Shown here: positions 42,788 to 54,781 of the stretch, in pieces
How the letters are laid out: the number at the start of each line of letters is the position of its first letter
How positions within the stretch are numbered: position 1 is the stretch's first letter
Source: Kudoa neothunni
Taxonomy: Eukaryota; Animalia; Cnidaria
Direction of reading: 5' to 3'
Length of the DNA: 64,000 bases
NCBI GenBank assembly: GCA_964304625.1
Contig: OZ199838.1
Span: forward strand, 14,627,907-14,691,906
Notes under the pieces: model-generated
Told to the model about the DNA's origin: nothing
The model's input: the letters and a program-made list of their open reading frames with translations, nothing else
Databases searched by the model: none
Made by a program: the position numbers and the translations under genes

Positions 42788-45700
42788 ATGAGTAAAAGAT
42801 AATCGAGACGAGTTTGTCGGCAAATATGAATACGCAATCTTAAAGTACCAACCTGTATTTCAAAGCATAATCTACTTCATTGCGCAGACCCATAAAAGCA
42901 CCCCTATGAATTCAGTAATTTATATTTTTTTCTGTTATTTACCTATCGATTAGAATGAAGAAGATGAAGGGGAGTGTGCGGGTGATGGTGTGAGTTACAA
43001 CTCCTCCAGCAAACCCAATGTATTCGATTGGGACGATTGTGAAGGATTGAATTCCCTTCTTAGAATGACTCCATTGGTTGACAAACCAAATAATGGGGTC
43101 CTATCGTCTAAAACCGAAGACGAAATTCAAGGTTTTATAAAGTTATCCAAGATGTGTGCCGAAAGCGATACATTTGATGATGAGAATGATGGCGATGAAG
43201 TTGACCAGTTGACACAGGATTTGAATTCGGATGTAACATTGTTGAAAGACACCGACAAAAGTGAAGCTCTACTCTCAGTTTGATCTATAATTTCTCCTAG
43301 AAATAAGAATGTTACTAAGTGATAAAATAACCACCAACAACTTTCAGATGCATACAAGCGCTTCAACCAAATCGTTACCTATTAAAGATGACGAAAGCGT
43401 AGCATCTTTAAATTTGGAACGATTGAAAACCAAAAGTATAAAAGCCATTGCACCACTTTCAACCACTGTCAAGAAATTGTTCGCTAATCAGTCTCCTCGA
43501 CGTAGTCAGAGTACGTACGATGGCTCAGTTGCTTTTCCCAGTTTAGATACTTTCAGTGACAGTAATACGAGGAGATTTCTAATTATAAGAAACTTATTTT
43601 ATTTAATATAGGTAAATGTGTGTTATTCGATTGTAAAAGATATATTTCTGATGTGATTTTAAATTTTACACTCTCTTGTTTGTTACCTTAGATATTTAGG
43701 GCGCAATAAAATCAGAACTTAAATTATCAGATATTCAAGATGTGATCTATTTGATATTGACTGAACAAGTAGATCGTTTGTTATCTGCTTGGTGATATGA
43801 AAACAATCGACTTAGCCGTATTATTTGGAGCATTTTCGCTCTGAACAACAAAAGTTGGATTTACTCTATTCTGCGCTATCCACATTCAACACGACGTGTG
43901 TTCTAAAGGTTGTTTGTTTTTTATAGGATATAGATGTATTAGACATTGTCTTTTAAGGTTGTCATGTTTTTAAAGAATACATTATCAACTGGTAATTCGA
44001 TTTTTGTTTCTTAGCGTTGTTGCAGTGTAAAAAACATGTCTGATTCTAACGAATTGGGGGAAAATTAAGACTTTTTATTATTATCTCATAGTTTAAAGTT
44101 AAGCAAAGGATGTTATTGCTTTTGAGAAAAATCAAGCCTTCATATTTTTATATTGGTATTAAGTTTCTATTCTTTAACTTATTTAAATTTTTGAATCGCG
44201 AAAAAATACAATTATATTGAATAATTTTAGAATATATAATCAATAATAAATCATAGATAATTAAGTATAACAATGATATGATTAAAATTTTTGTTGATGG
44301 AGACGTAGAGTGTTAGAATTTAGCTAAATTCAAGTCTATAATTAATCGATATTTAACATTAAGGTTTGAATCAAATCAAAAATTTTCTCGCAATTTTTGA
44401 TTTAATTCGACAGATGTATTGATTTATTTAATAATTTTATAATGAATATTTTTTAATTATTCGCTTTATTCCGCTCATTGTGCGGCTCAAAAGCGTCCTA
44501 TATGGGTTTTTACCCCATACTAACTTTGTGTCATAGAAGTGAGATAGATGAATTAAAAATATAGCGATTCTAATCAATAAAAACTCTATTCATACATATT
44601 TCAAATTAATGATAAGATAATTAACTATTCACTCCAATAACTTTTCTCTTATTATTCTTATGATATATGGATGATAAAAATGTTTAATCAGTATATAATC
44701 TTTATCTTACAAATATGGGTTTAAAGTTTATATTAAAAGAGTAAATATTATTTAAAATTTGATCTTATACACGTTAGAAAATCCGTCGATAATTTCTCGA
44801 ACTGTGTTTACGAATTGTTAAAGGCGTTACTTAATTAATTCTAATTTTACTTGACACGTTGGAATAAATATTTTGTCATGACTGTTAAAAGAGATAATTT
44901 CAGAGGATAAAGTGAACTTCAATCTTAACTCTAGAAGGAGATTCAAATATGATGTAAGCCGTTTATGATTTATCCTAGAATTTATTTTTGGTTATTTAAT
45001 GTTTCATTTTGAATTAAATTAAATTTTAATTTTTTATGCATATTGATATTATTTTTCATATATGAACAAGTAAAATATTATTTTTTGTTAGAATAATTGT
45101 CAAAATAAGTTTGGGATGTCAAATCTTAAAATTATTGCGCTTGCGCCTAATTGGGATAAGAATTTTTCTTAAATGTATCGGTTTTTCAGAAATATATTAA
45201 TTATAATTTGATGAAAATTTTAGTTTCTAAAATACTTAATATTAAATTAGGGAAAAAATATGATGCATTTTGATATTCTTTACATTATTTCTTGGTTGTG
45301 TTCTGTCATTTTATCTGTTTGGTTTCTTAGGCAATGTAATATTCAATATGTAATTATGTTTATAATGTTATCTAGAATAATGGCGCCTATGCTTTTAAAT
45401 ATTTACAATGAGAGATATAGCGCTATCAAGTAAATTCAACTGAGTTTGTTTTTGAAAATATTTTTAAAATTATACATTTAATGCTAAATTCGTTTACACA
45501 GTCGGAGAAAACAGTGAATCATAATATCTCTAAGTTTACATTATACTAACCAAAAATTTCTTAAAAATAGATGTTTATCATTAATTTTTCCAAAATACTC
45601 TCTGATAATTTTATCATGAAATTATTAGACGAATGAAAATGCTTCCATCGATTTATTAAAAAAATTTTATCTGGAGGATTTTTTACCTTCCGAGCGACTC

Positions 45701-48297
45701 AAAATCGACTATACACTTGGTGCTTTTGGGGTCGAATCGACACCGGGCTTTTATTGCATTTAATGATGCAATAAATAATTATGTATTCATATGCGAAATT
45801 AAATAGAAATTGATCCACAAATTTCTGTCGTATTTTCACCAAGATTTACACTGCGTGTATACAAAATTGTTCGAATTCGTGTGAATTTGTTGGCGCAACA
45901 TGTGTTTTTATCGACTTGAGCTTTATTGTAACGAGTTAGTGAGAAAAATCAATTTTTAGCGTGTTAAAATGGTTCAAATTTTGTTTTCTAAAAATATCGA
46001 TTAATTAAGTTCATCCATAATGTGAGTAACAAATTAGTTTCCTACAGTAGGTAACCACTTTTACGTAATCTCCCTGGGGACAGGGAAAAAGTAAAAATAA
46101 TCACTCAATCATTTTAATCCAGTTTGGATCGCACGTAAACAATATGAATTTTTTTATATCGCTCTTTGGATATAATTTAGGCTATAAACATTAGTCTCCT
46201 CGCAAAACACCTTCAAATCCTCATCTTTATCCTCGGATCCACCAGAATTTGAATTTCGATAATTAAAATAAATAACATAAAATATTTTGTTAGAATCGCT
46301 CTTAGAATCAGAGAAAAAATCTCATCAAAGTCTTCCTTAGGCTTTTGTCAGCGCGTATGACATCGTTTATATATTTTCCTTATTCTCTCAATATTCTGCC
46401 TACAGAATTCAACCAAACTCAACCATTCGTTTCTTTAAATATTCTTTTATCATTTAAAGCAATAAAAACCCTGTGGTCAAATTGACACCCAAAAGCATCA
46501 ATTGTATGTTTTGTTGTATATCGTTGTTTATTATACTTTTTCAAATTTTTATTGAATAATTATAAAATACTATTTATTTTAGGAAAATACTCCGGATATT
46601 ACAATTGTTAAATTCTTCTTCGTATATTAAAACTTATAATACAATAGACTCTGAGATTAATTTTATCCCAGAAACGCTCTGAAGTTTAAACTTGAAAAAT
46701 AGTTCAAAGTTGCATTTTACGATCGGAAATGGTCAAAAATTTCTCCCCTTCCAAAATCGTTGGATTTGGACTATTATAAGCAGATAATTTATTAAATACT
46801 AAAATCTAGCCAATTTTGTAAATATCCTTTCGCAATTTCCAAGAGCAAAAGACGAATACGTTTTCTTCATGAATCAAATTCAGCATGTAAATGAAGATAA
46901 ATCGTATCTTAGATTGCTTGACTCCAAAGAAGTGTTGGTAAGGCATTAACACTATTTATTCGCAAAGTAAACTACAACAATTTCCAACTAAGATGAATCA
47001 TTTTCAAATTGCTCTGCAACTTCCAAACTTTAAAGATAGGATCGAATACATTGAAAAATATATCAAGTTGATAATTGAATTACCTATTTAGATTTCTGAA
47101 TTTTAATATTCGTTTTATCAAAATTAGTGTGCAAAATAGTCCTGAATTTTATAAAATACATGAGAAAATTAGTGAATACATTCGACTGCTATCAAAACAA
47201 CAAACTTTAGTGGTAAAATAACAATTCTATATATTTTTGATTGAGGTTATTATTATTTGGTGTTGCAATAAAGGAAACTCAAAAAATAGTTCTTGAATCG
47301 TCAAAAATTGATCCGAAAACAAAATCAAATCCTCCACAAACAACAATTCATCTAGGATCCAGTCTCATGGATACTGCCTATTTCGCTATTTATCAACAGG
47401 TTCTAACATTATTTCTCAGCGTAGCTATGACTTTTACTTAATAGATTAGAAATACTAGAAGAATTCCCTACACTCTTCAAAGCGAATACAATGTATCATA
47501 TGATAGAAAGTGAACAAAAATAATTTGTAATCAATGGTGATAGTTATCCGCTAAACAATTTGAATGGCTACTTGTGAAATCCATTTCAACGTTGAAATAT
47601 TATGAGATGTTGAAAGACGTGTTTAATCCACCAAAAGTTAAAGTATTTGGTTTGATATTAGGAGCTGTGTTTGTTCATTGTCATTTTAATTAGGTGGCTG
47701 GTTTGTTCAAAACGTCTCCAAAACAACAATCATTCATAGGATTTGATGTGGTAGCTTTGTATCTTTTCAACAATTCAGCCCCGGCGGAGGTAGATGTGGA
47801 AAAACTAATTTTGTCGGGAAATTTAAAATTTAAAGACATACACGCATTACTAAATCTGGTTTAATATTAACTGCTCAAATTTTCACAGTCATTAAAAAAA
47901 TGATTAAATTCGTTTCCTTGATACCCTATTTTGTTGAGATTAGTTCTGTGATGGTGATAAACGATATAGATCCTTTTATTAAGGTTCTTAAAGGTATCAT
48001 CACTCTCATTAGTGATGTCAACACGAGACTGACATTAGCTGAAAAATGTTCGTTGCATGACATAGTTATTCAGGTAGGTTGATTTGATGAGTTGTTCATA
48101 TTGAAAATTCTAATTTAAATTTTAGGTATGCGTGAGTTTAAGAGATAGAAAAATGTTAATTGAAAAGTGCAAGCAAATAAACAACCCCGAACACAAACAA
48201 ATAGCTGTAAAGATGCTTGAAGATAAGGTAAACCTATTGGTGATTAATAGTTGAGGTTAGTTAACCACTTATCTAGACTATCAAATGGTTGAATTAG
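42788..48297 (+). CDS. Unidentified large multi-exon gene (acidic/Ser-rich N-terminus, hydrophobic helical C-terminal part); frame disrupted in places
   Basis: Chain of GT-AG-bounded coding segments: NEEDEGECAGDGVSYNSSSKPNVFDWDD, LFANQSPRRSQST, IPYFVEISSVMVINDIDPFIKVLKGII, VCVSLRDRKMLIEKCKQINNPEHKQIAVKMLEDK|TIKWLN*. One intron of about 2.4 kb (about 44150-46581) contains TE sequence. Start and several junctions are uncertain. Confidence 0.6.
45713..46504. mobile_element. Intronic piggyBac-like MITE core
   Basis: Inverted pair ACACTTGGTGCTTTTGGGGTCGAATCGACA (45713) and TGGTCAAATTGACACCCAAAAGCATCAATTGT (ends 46504), of the same style as 39323-40460. Confidence 0.55.
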
Positions 48298-48326
48298 TCA
48301 AAAAATGATATTTTCTACATAAAAAA

Positions 48327-51300
48327 CTAATTTTTTATATTTTTTATCAGTAGGTAATTCTCGGAGGAGCGTTTTCTTGTTGATGGCGGTCGAATTATTT
48401 TCACACTGTGATATTTTTCACTTGCGTAGTTAACTAAATCTACCACCACCCATTGGAAACATTTCAATTAAACAAAATTTAAACTCACCTTTGGTGTCAC
48501 TCCCTTGCAAATATTTGCAAAGAATTGTTATTTTGGGATTTCTGCATTTTACTCCAAAGTCCAACACACTTTTAACAAGATCGTGTGAACACGCCGAATC
48601 CAACTTGGATACACCAATAGACTGAGGTGCCATATCACTAAATAATTTTGGAATATTGATCATATGAATGTTATTGTGTAAAAAGACCCAATTATATGGG
48701 TTTGAACATTTTAATAATTCTTAAAAATGATCAATTATAATTTTTTAATTAAAATACAGTTTTTGATAAATTTATTTTTAACAATATCAAAATAATGGGA
48801 AAAGTGGTTAATGTTTCGAACTATTTTGTGCATATCATTAGGAACGTAAATTAAAATATAATATCAAAAACCCTTTATTGTCCGATAGAACGTTTAATCG
48901 AGAAAAGAAATAAACAACAAAAAATATTTGGAATTATTTCTTATTTATTAATGGTTTTATCATTCCCCCAAAAAATTAAGAAAATAATAATTAATACTTG
49001 AAAAAAATAATTTAATTGAAACAGTTCCAACAACGAATTTCATCCATAATAGATATATGCTAATGTAACTAACTATTTTACGAAAATGTTAATTTTTGTG
49101 GTGAAAAATTAAGGTGAAGAGCTAAGTTACAAAGCGCGTGATTTTTACTGATAATTTAATAACTTATTATTATGATCAAACGTTCATCCTTGTTCAGTTT
49201 ATTTAAATTCTACATCTAATATTTAGACGTATTGTTTTTTACAAACATTGGAGGTGGAATAAGAAACTAGAAATTCATGCCGGATTATTGGCGCATGTGT
49301 AAACTCAAATTGATAAAAAATATAAATCATATCTATAATTCATAAAATATACATATAGTAAATAATGCGCTAATTTTTATAACATACAAATAGTAAGATA
49401 TTTGGTCTTTTTAAATTTTACTTCTTATGCTTTTTTCGGCCAACAAATACAAAACTGAGAGAGATTTTTCAAGATTTAGTAGGAACGAGAAAACTTAACA
49501 TTAACTTACTAATAAAAATTCAATGAATCATTTGTTTTCGAAAAAAAGTTTATAATAAGACGATATTAAATGACGGTCTAGGTTTGATTGGATCTTTGTA
49601 GGTAGTTCAAATTTACTAATAGAAAATATTTTAGTAATAACAAAGCCTTTTAACTGTTATTTTTAAGCGTTTAAAACGCTTTTTCTCTAATAATTCTATT
49701 TGATTTAATCTGAAATCTTATTCATTGCATCTATGAAAGAAAATATTTTAAGGAAGCATGTTCGAATGCTAAAAAGCCACTCTCATCGTTGTGTGAAAAA
49801 TAATAATTGAAAGCACCAAACTATTTTTTGTTTAAAAATATATATTTTTATTCTATTCGTGTAGAGCACTCTGGGAGTAATTATATTGATCAATTTTTTC
49901 ACCCAGAATCTCGTCTCCTTTCTTATGAACTTTGCGGATTATGATAATTGTATATTCGTGAAATAAGTGTCAATTTTATGTGTAAAAGTCAATCTTTCCT
50001 GATTCTAACTCTTTAAATAGTTTTGATTCATATTTAAAAAAAATCTTAACTTGTAGAAATTGATAAATCATTCGAACAATCATCGAAAATGCAGTCATCC
50101 TCGGGACTACTAGAAAGGTAATAAAGAACCCTAATTCTGTTCTTAAAAAATGACCCAGTTCTATCAATCAAACTAGATGCGGTTAGTATTTAGGAGTACT
50201 TGAAAAATCAAAATTCAAAACGATTGTAGTCATATTTTGAATCCTGGGATTAAATTTCAAGAATTAAAATATTCTCTCTTTGCTCCGAAATCTTCCAATT
50301 ATAAATACAAAATTAAATTTGAATAATTCAAAGAGTTAAAAATCTGTCATACCAAAACATTTGACTGAATTTTTATTATAGTTTATGAAAGTCTACCTTT
50401 GCGAAATATAGTTGTTTCTCCCATACTATTTTGTCTGATGTTATATTATGAGTCAAATTATTACCAAGAGCGCGAATAATGTGAATCAAACGACATTCAA
50501 ACTTTATTTATTAGATCCTTTCCCGGAAGAATGCGTATAAACGCTGTGTCGTTCACTTGTGTCCAAAAACTTCGAAAACAATAAAATAATGTTGATACTT
50601 ACAGCCAGACAAATTTTAAATTTAACGAAAAAATCAGATACAATAACTTGAATTTTTCAATGTCCCAAAGTTAATGGATAAAAGAATTTTATAATTATTC
50701 TTCTCTTAAGAATTTTGTCAATAATATACATCATGATATTTATTAGAAATATAAGTATTTTCTATTATGAATAATAATAGAGATGTGGAACTAAATATAT
50801 TCGAATGGGAGTGTAATGTATCTCAAAATTTTTGAAGCTAAAAAATAGAAATTATCGAACGTTTAAATAGGGTCAATTATGTGTTCTTAACCACGTACAC
50901 ATCTTAAGCATTTTACCGCTTTATTTAGATGACTATGAAAAATTTCATTTAGAAGAAATTATTTAAGAATGTTGATGAAATAATTATCGGTTAATTATTA
51001 ATTAAAATAAATAAAATAAAATTAGATAAAATACTAAAATCATGATTGGCTAAGAATAACAGCTTTGACAAGAACCTAATATGATTTACCTCAAAAGAAG
51101 ATCAACTTTACGTGGAACAATCGTGAGAATAAGATTTTGAGTGGCAGCTCGAGTAAAATCGAGCTTTTCAAGGATATGACATCCATCTACTTGTTCGCAA
51201 TCTAATTAAATGAATTTTTTATATAATTTAGTCAAACTCAATTGATAATTAGGCAGGTATTCAATAATTATAGAGGATATATACACCAAATATCAACGCC

Positions 51301-51760
51301 AATGATGAATGAATCCTCTAAGTAATCCTTAAATCAAACAATAAAAAAATCGATACTATCATTAGATAGCTTTTCACTTAAAACTTGACACCATGACCCT
51401 AAATAGATTCACCTTGGTTAAAACGAGTGTATCAATAAACCTGGGGAACATCCAATATCAACCTAATTTATATGTAAAATTTAATTAGACCTACAAATAC
51501 CATACCACAACAGATCCAGGCCTAATTATTTTGTATTTTTTATCAATTTGAAGTAGTTTGTAGGCACTTCTACAACGATATCCTTCTTCTTTCGCTTTAA
51601 CAGTATAGAATTCCTTAATATACGAAAATTCGATCAATATGTACGATTCAAATATTACGTTCGCACGATAAGAAAGTTTATTTTTGGAAAATTTATAATT
51701 TCTAGAACTTAAGCTCAAATTGGCTCTATTTAGGAGCCTGTACGAGTTCAAACTCGTCAT
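48327..51760 (-). CDS. MRM2: Mitochondrial rRNA 2'-O-methyltransferase (FtsJ/RrmJ family, MRM2)
   Basis: Basic presequence MTSLNSYRLLNRANLSLSSR, then AKEEGYRCRSAYKLLQID, VDIGCSPGSWCQV, IIGVDI, LLSDMAP, LCKYLQG and VKIIRPPSTRKRSSENY (K-D-K-E tetrad present). Intron of 2.45 kb at 48638-51089. Confidence 0.9.
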
Positions 51761-52383
51761 TTTAAATATGTCACGTGGTAATATATGGATATATTTTTCG
51801 ATTTTGACCATGTGGAATTCGGTGTCACCATAAAAAATTACTATTCTCAATTATCATAGCTATATTTGAAATTTTGCATTAACTCTTTGAATTAAAATAT
51901 TTTTAAAAACTTCATAAACGCCAGACGTTTTATGACTTTATAGATGGTAAATAAAAAATATATTGCTTTTTTAAGTTATTTCAATACTAATTAAGTATTG
52001 CTTTTAAATGTGTTTAAGGACTTTTTGTAGGTTAACGTCGAATCTTGGCGAAAATAAATTACTTAAGTAATTACTCAATAATCAATAACTACTTTAAAAT
52101 TAAAAAAATTGAATTCATTTCTATATACTTTATTTTGTATCCTATTTATTAATATCATGAATAATAATTGATAAAGGTCTATCCACTGTAGTGACATTTT
52201 AAACGAAAAGACACAAAAACTCCTATAATGTAATGCAATGTTTAGATCATAAAACTCACTAAATGATGAAAATTTTATTTTAATCAAATATACACATACT
52301 AACGTACGTTTACACGGACTTTTAGGGACAGGCGAGATAAAATCCAACTTTAGCGTGTGCCCGCGCAACTTATTACACCAGAT

Positions 52384-53602
52384 GGCGGCTGATACGCACG
52401 TTTGTTATTTCGTACAAAATTTAATATTTGTTGAAAACATTTCCTAATTTTTTGTTTGAATTTTTAATTTACATGATTTTCCGTGTCTGAAAATTAATTT
52501 TTAGTAAAAAATTCCATAGAATACATCAATTAAACGCATTGCATTGTTGGCTAATGTACGTTTCCCCCCGGCCCCCAAGGGTTAGGGGCTATCCCACCAC
52601 TATCTAATTCATCATCGTACGGTTAAAAGCAAACGATCGATAAAATTCGTAGAATATATTAAAATGCTAGTAAGTTCATTATATATTGACATAAAACGTC
52701 CATTCTTCTCTCAGGATTGCGTCTATGAAATAAGAAATCATTCAAGTAATCAAATAGGGTTTTAATTGATAGTACTATTGTATGTACGTTTGAAGACACC
52801 CCGACTTATCTCATTTCTATTGATGTGAACTTCTTGAGGCAAAATATAGTGCTATTTATGAATGGTAGCGTCATAAATCCCAAATCGGATGAACGATTAT
52901 AGCCACCCCAAACGTCAGTCCAAATAGTTTCGCTTTCTTAAATATTGTCAACAATGATTTTTTTTCCAGCAGTTCTCTATTTCCTACTTTTCCAATTGTT
53001 AAAAAGTAATTTTCACCTTCCGCGATTCCTCCGATCATACTGTACTGCTGGTTTTTTAGAACTCGACCAAAGTCATATTTCCGCTTGCAGATGATGGCTT
53101 CGTCTATTTGAGCTATTTTACCGAGACTACCAATCTTGGAGAAATCATAATTCAATTTTGATACCATTTGACCTCTCGCAATTGTCTTCTAAACGTGTGT
53201 GTTGCGAAAGGCCCAATTGCAATGTGAAATTGTGGATCATCGTAAGTGTTAGATGACCAGTTTAAACCCACCATTGGCAGAGATATTTCTTATAGATGTA
53301 GGTTTGCAATGTCGTAAATTATCCATTTTCTTACATAACGCGTTTATTACATGTATAAAATTTAAATTGGATGTTATCACTGCTACCCACCCTAATACAT
53401 AAACACATTCTGTTATCAAACCAACATTTATTATACTCATGTAGGAGGAAAACGTTTCGCAACATTATGATGTAATAATGTAGGTCTCCTCTAAAATGTT
53501 CATAATCCACTGTTTTTACAATATTTCTGTTTTTGAAAGTAACTGTTTTCCTTAATTTATATGTGGCGCTAGTTTGTTAAGAAAATATACGACATCGCCG
53601 CC
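52384..53602 (-). mobile_element. Merlin/ISXO2-like transposon remnant
   Basis: KIGSLGKIAQIDEAIICKRKYDFGR...MIGGI fragment (52871-53167), frameshifted. Short GGCGGC/GCCGCC inverted ends; boundaries tentative. Confidence 0.75.
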
Positions 53603-54005
53603 AGATAATGAGATAATGAACTAGATAATGTAGGTTGGCCTGATTATGTTACTTGTCACCCAATGCAGTAGGACTTTAATTATGTACCAAAATTTTTTTT
53701 ATTTCGGTAAATATAAACTTTAACACAAAAATAAAAATTGGTAGGAATAAAGTGAAAAAATTTTACAAATTTTTGTTTCCTGGGAAGACTAAATCTTTTC
53801 ATGTAATTTATTCACATTATTGCTTTAATCTCACGCAAATAATCAAAATCTTTTAAATTTCGGATTCGCTTCCAAATTAGAAACAGTAATCTTACTTGAA
53901 TAAAATTCGTATATAAAATATGCAAAATGAAGATAAATAAGAAAAAGCAGAACTCAGAGCTTAATTTTTAATTTGAAAATTTTTTGTCCATTCTAAATTC
54001 ATATA

Positions 54006-54439
54006 TAGTGCAACCTCGGAGTTCGACCAACAATTTTTAGTTAGAAACACTTTTGAATTCGAACACATATAGAAACGATATTCAGAACAAATCCAGCTGG
54101 AGCAAAAAACACAGAAGAAAAGAAATTTTAGAAAAAGAGTCGCTGAGTCAAGCTGTGCATCCATTATCGAATGAGAAACATTACAATCTATCTTATGACA
54201 ACCAGAAAATATTTATCCTATATTTCATTTTCATTTTTATTATTATATTTTATATTTATTTGTTATATTTCATAAGCACAAGGTATACATGTTTCTTCAT
54301 AAATTAGAATAAAAATAGTCACTTATTTGACGAACAGTACCGGATTCAACTAATTTTCATTATTTTGCACGGACAAAAATTCTTCCATGTTCCAACACAC
54401 TCCTAGAACGGATTGTGGCCGAAATCCGAGGTTGCATTT
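54006..54439. mobile_element. Tigger/pogo-type MITE
   Basis: TA|TAGTGCAACCTCGGAGTTCGACCA is inverted relative to TGGCCGAAATCCGAGGTTGCATTT|TA. Confidence 0.7.
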
Positions 54440-54781
54440 TATTTCAAACATATTAAGAATTTTATTATTCTGAGGTTAGTTGATCATTTATATTTTAAAA
54501 ATACAAAAAAATATGAGATGTGGTGAATTACTTTAATAAATAGAGCTTCCTAAGCTTTTGCGGATCAAGTATATTGTCAATTGTAGATTTTAACAGTAAT
54601 TCAATTCAATAAAGTACTATATTCGTTAACACTTTCCACATTTACGTTTCGTACTATTCAGTCAAGAAAATCTTAATATTGTTTAAAACAATTCCAAATT
54701 ATATTCCATAATTAGAATACTGAATTCTTACATTTTTATTGAATTTTGTAAAATTAATCCTATGCAAGTTGTTTTTCATAG

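Noticed and set aside
42788-48297. Assigning the name WAPL
   Set aside because: Only the overall architecture is similar; no diagnostic motif matched.
48354-48382. Final exon VILGGAFSC* for the plus-strand unknown gene
   Set aside because: It is the antisense of the conserved MRM2 last exon, and a nearer acceptor gives TIKWLN*.
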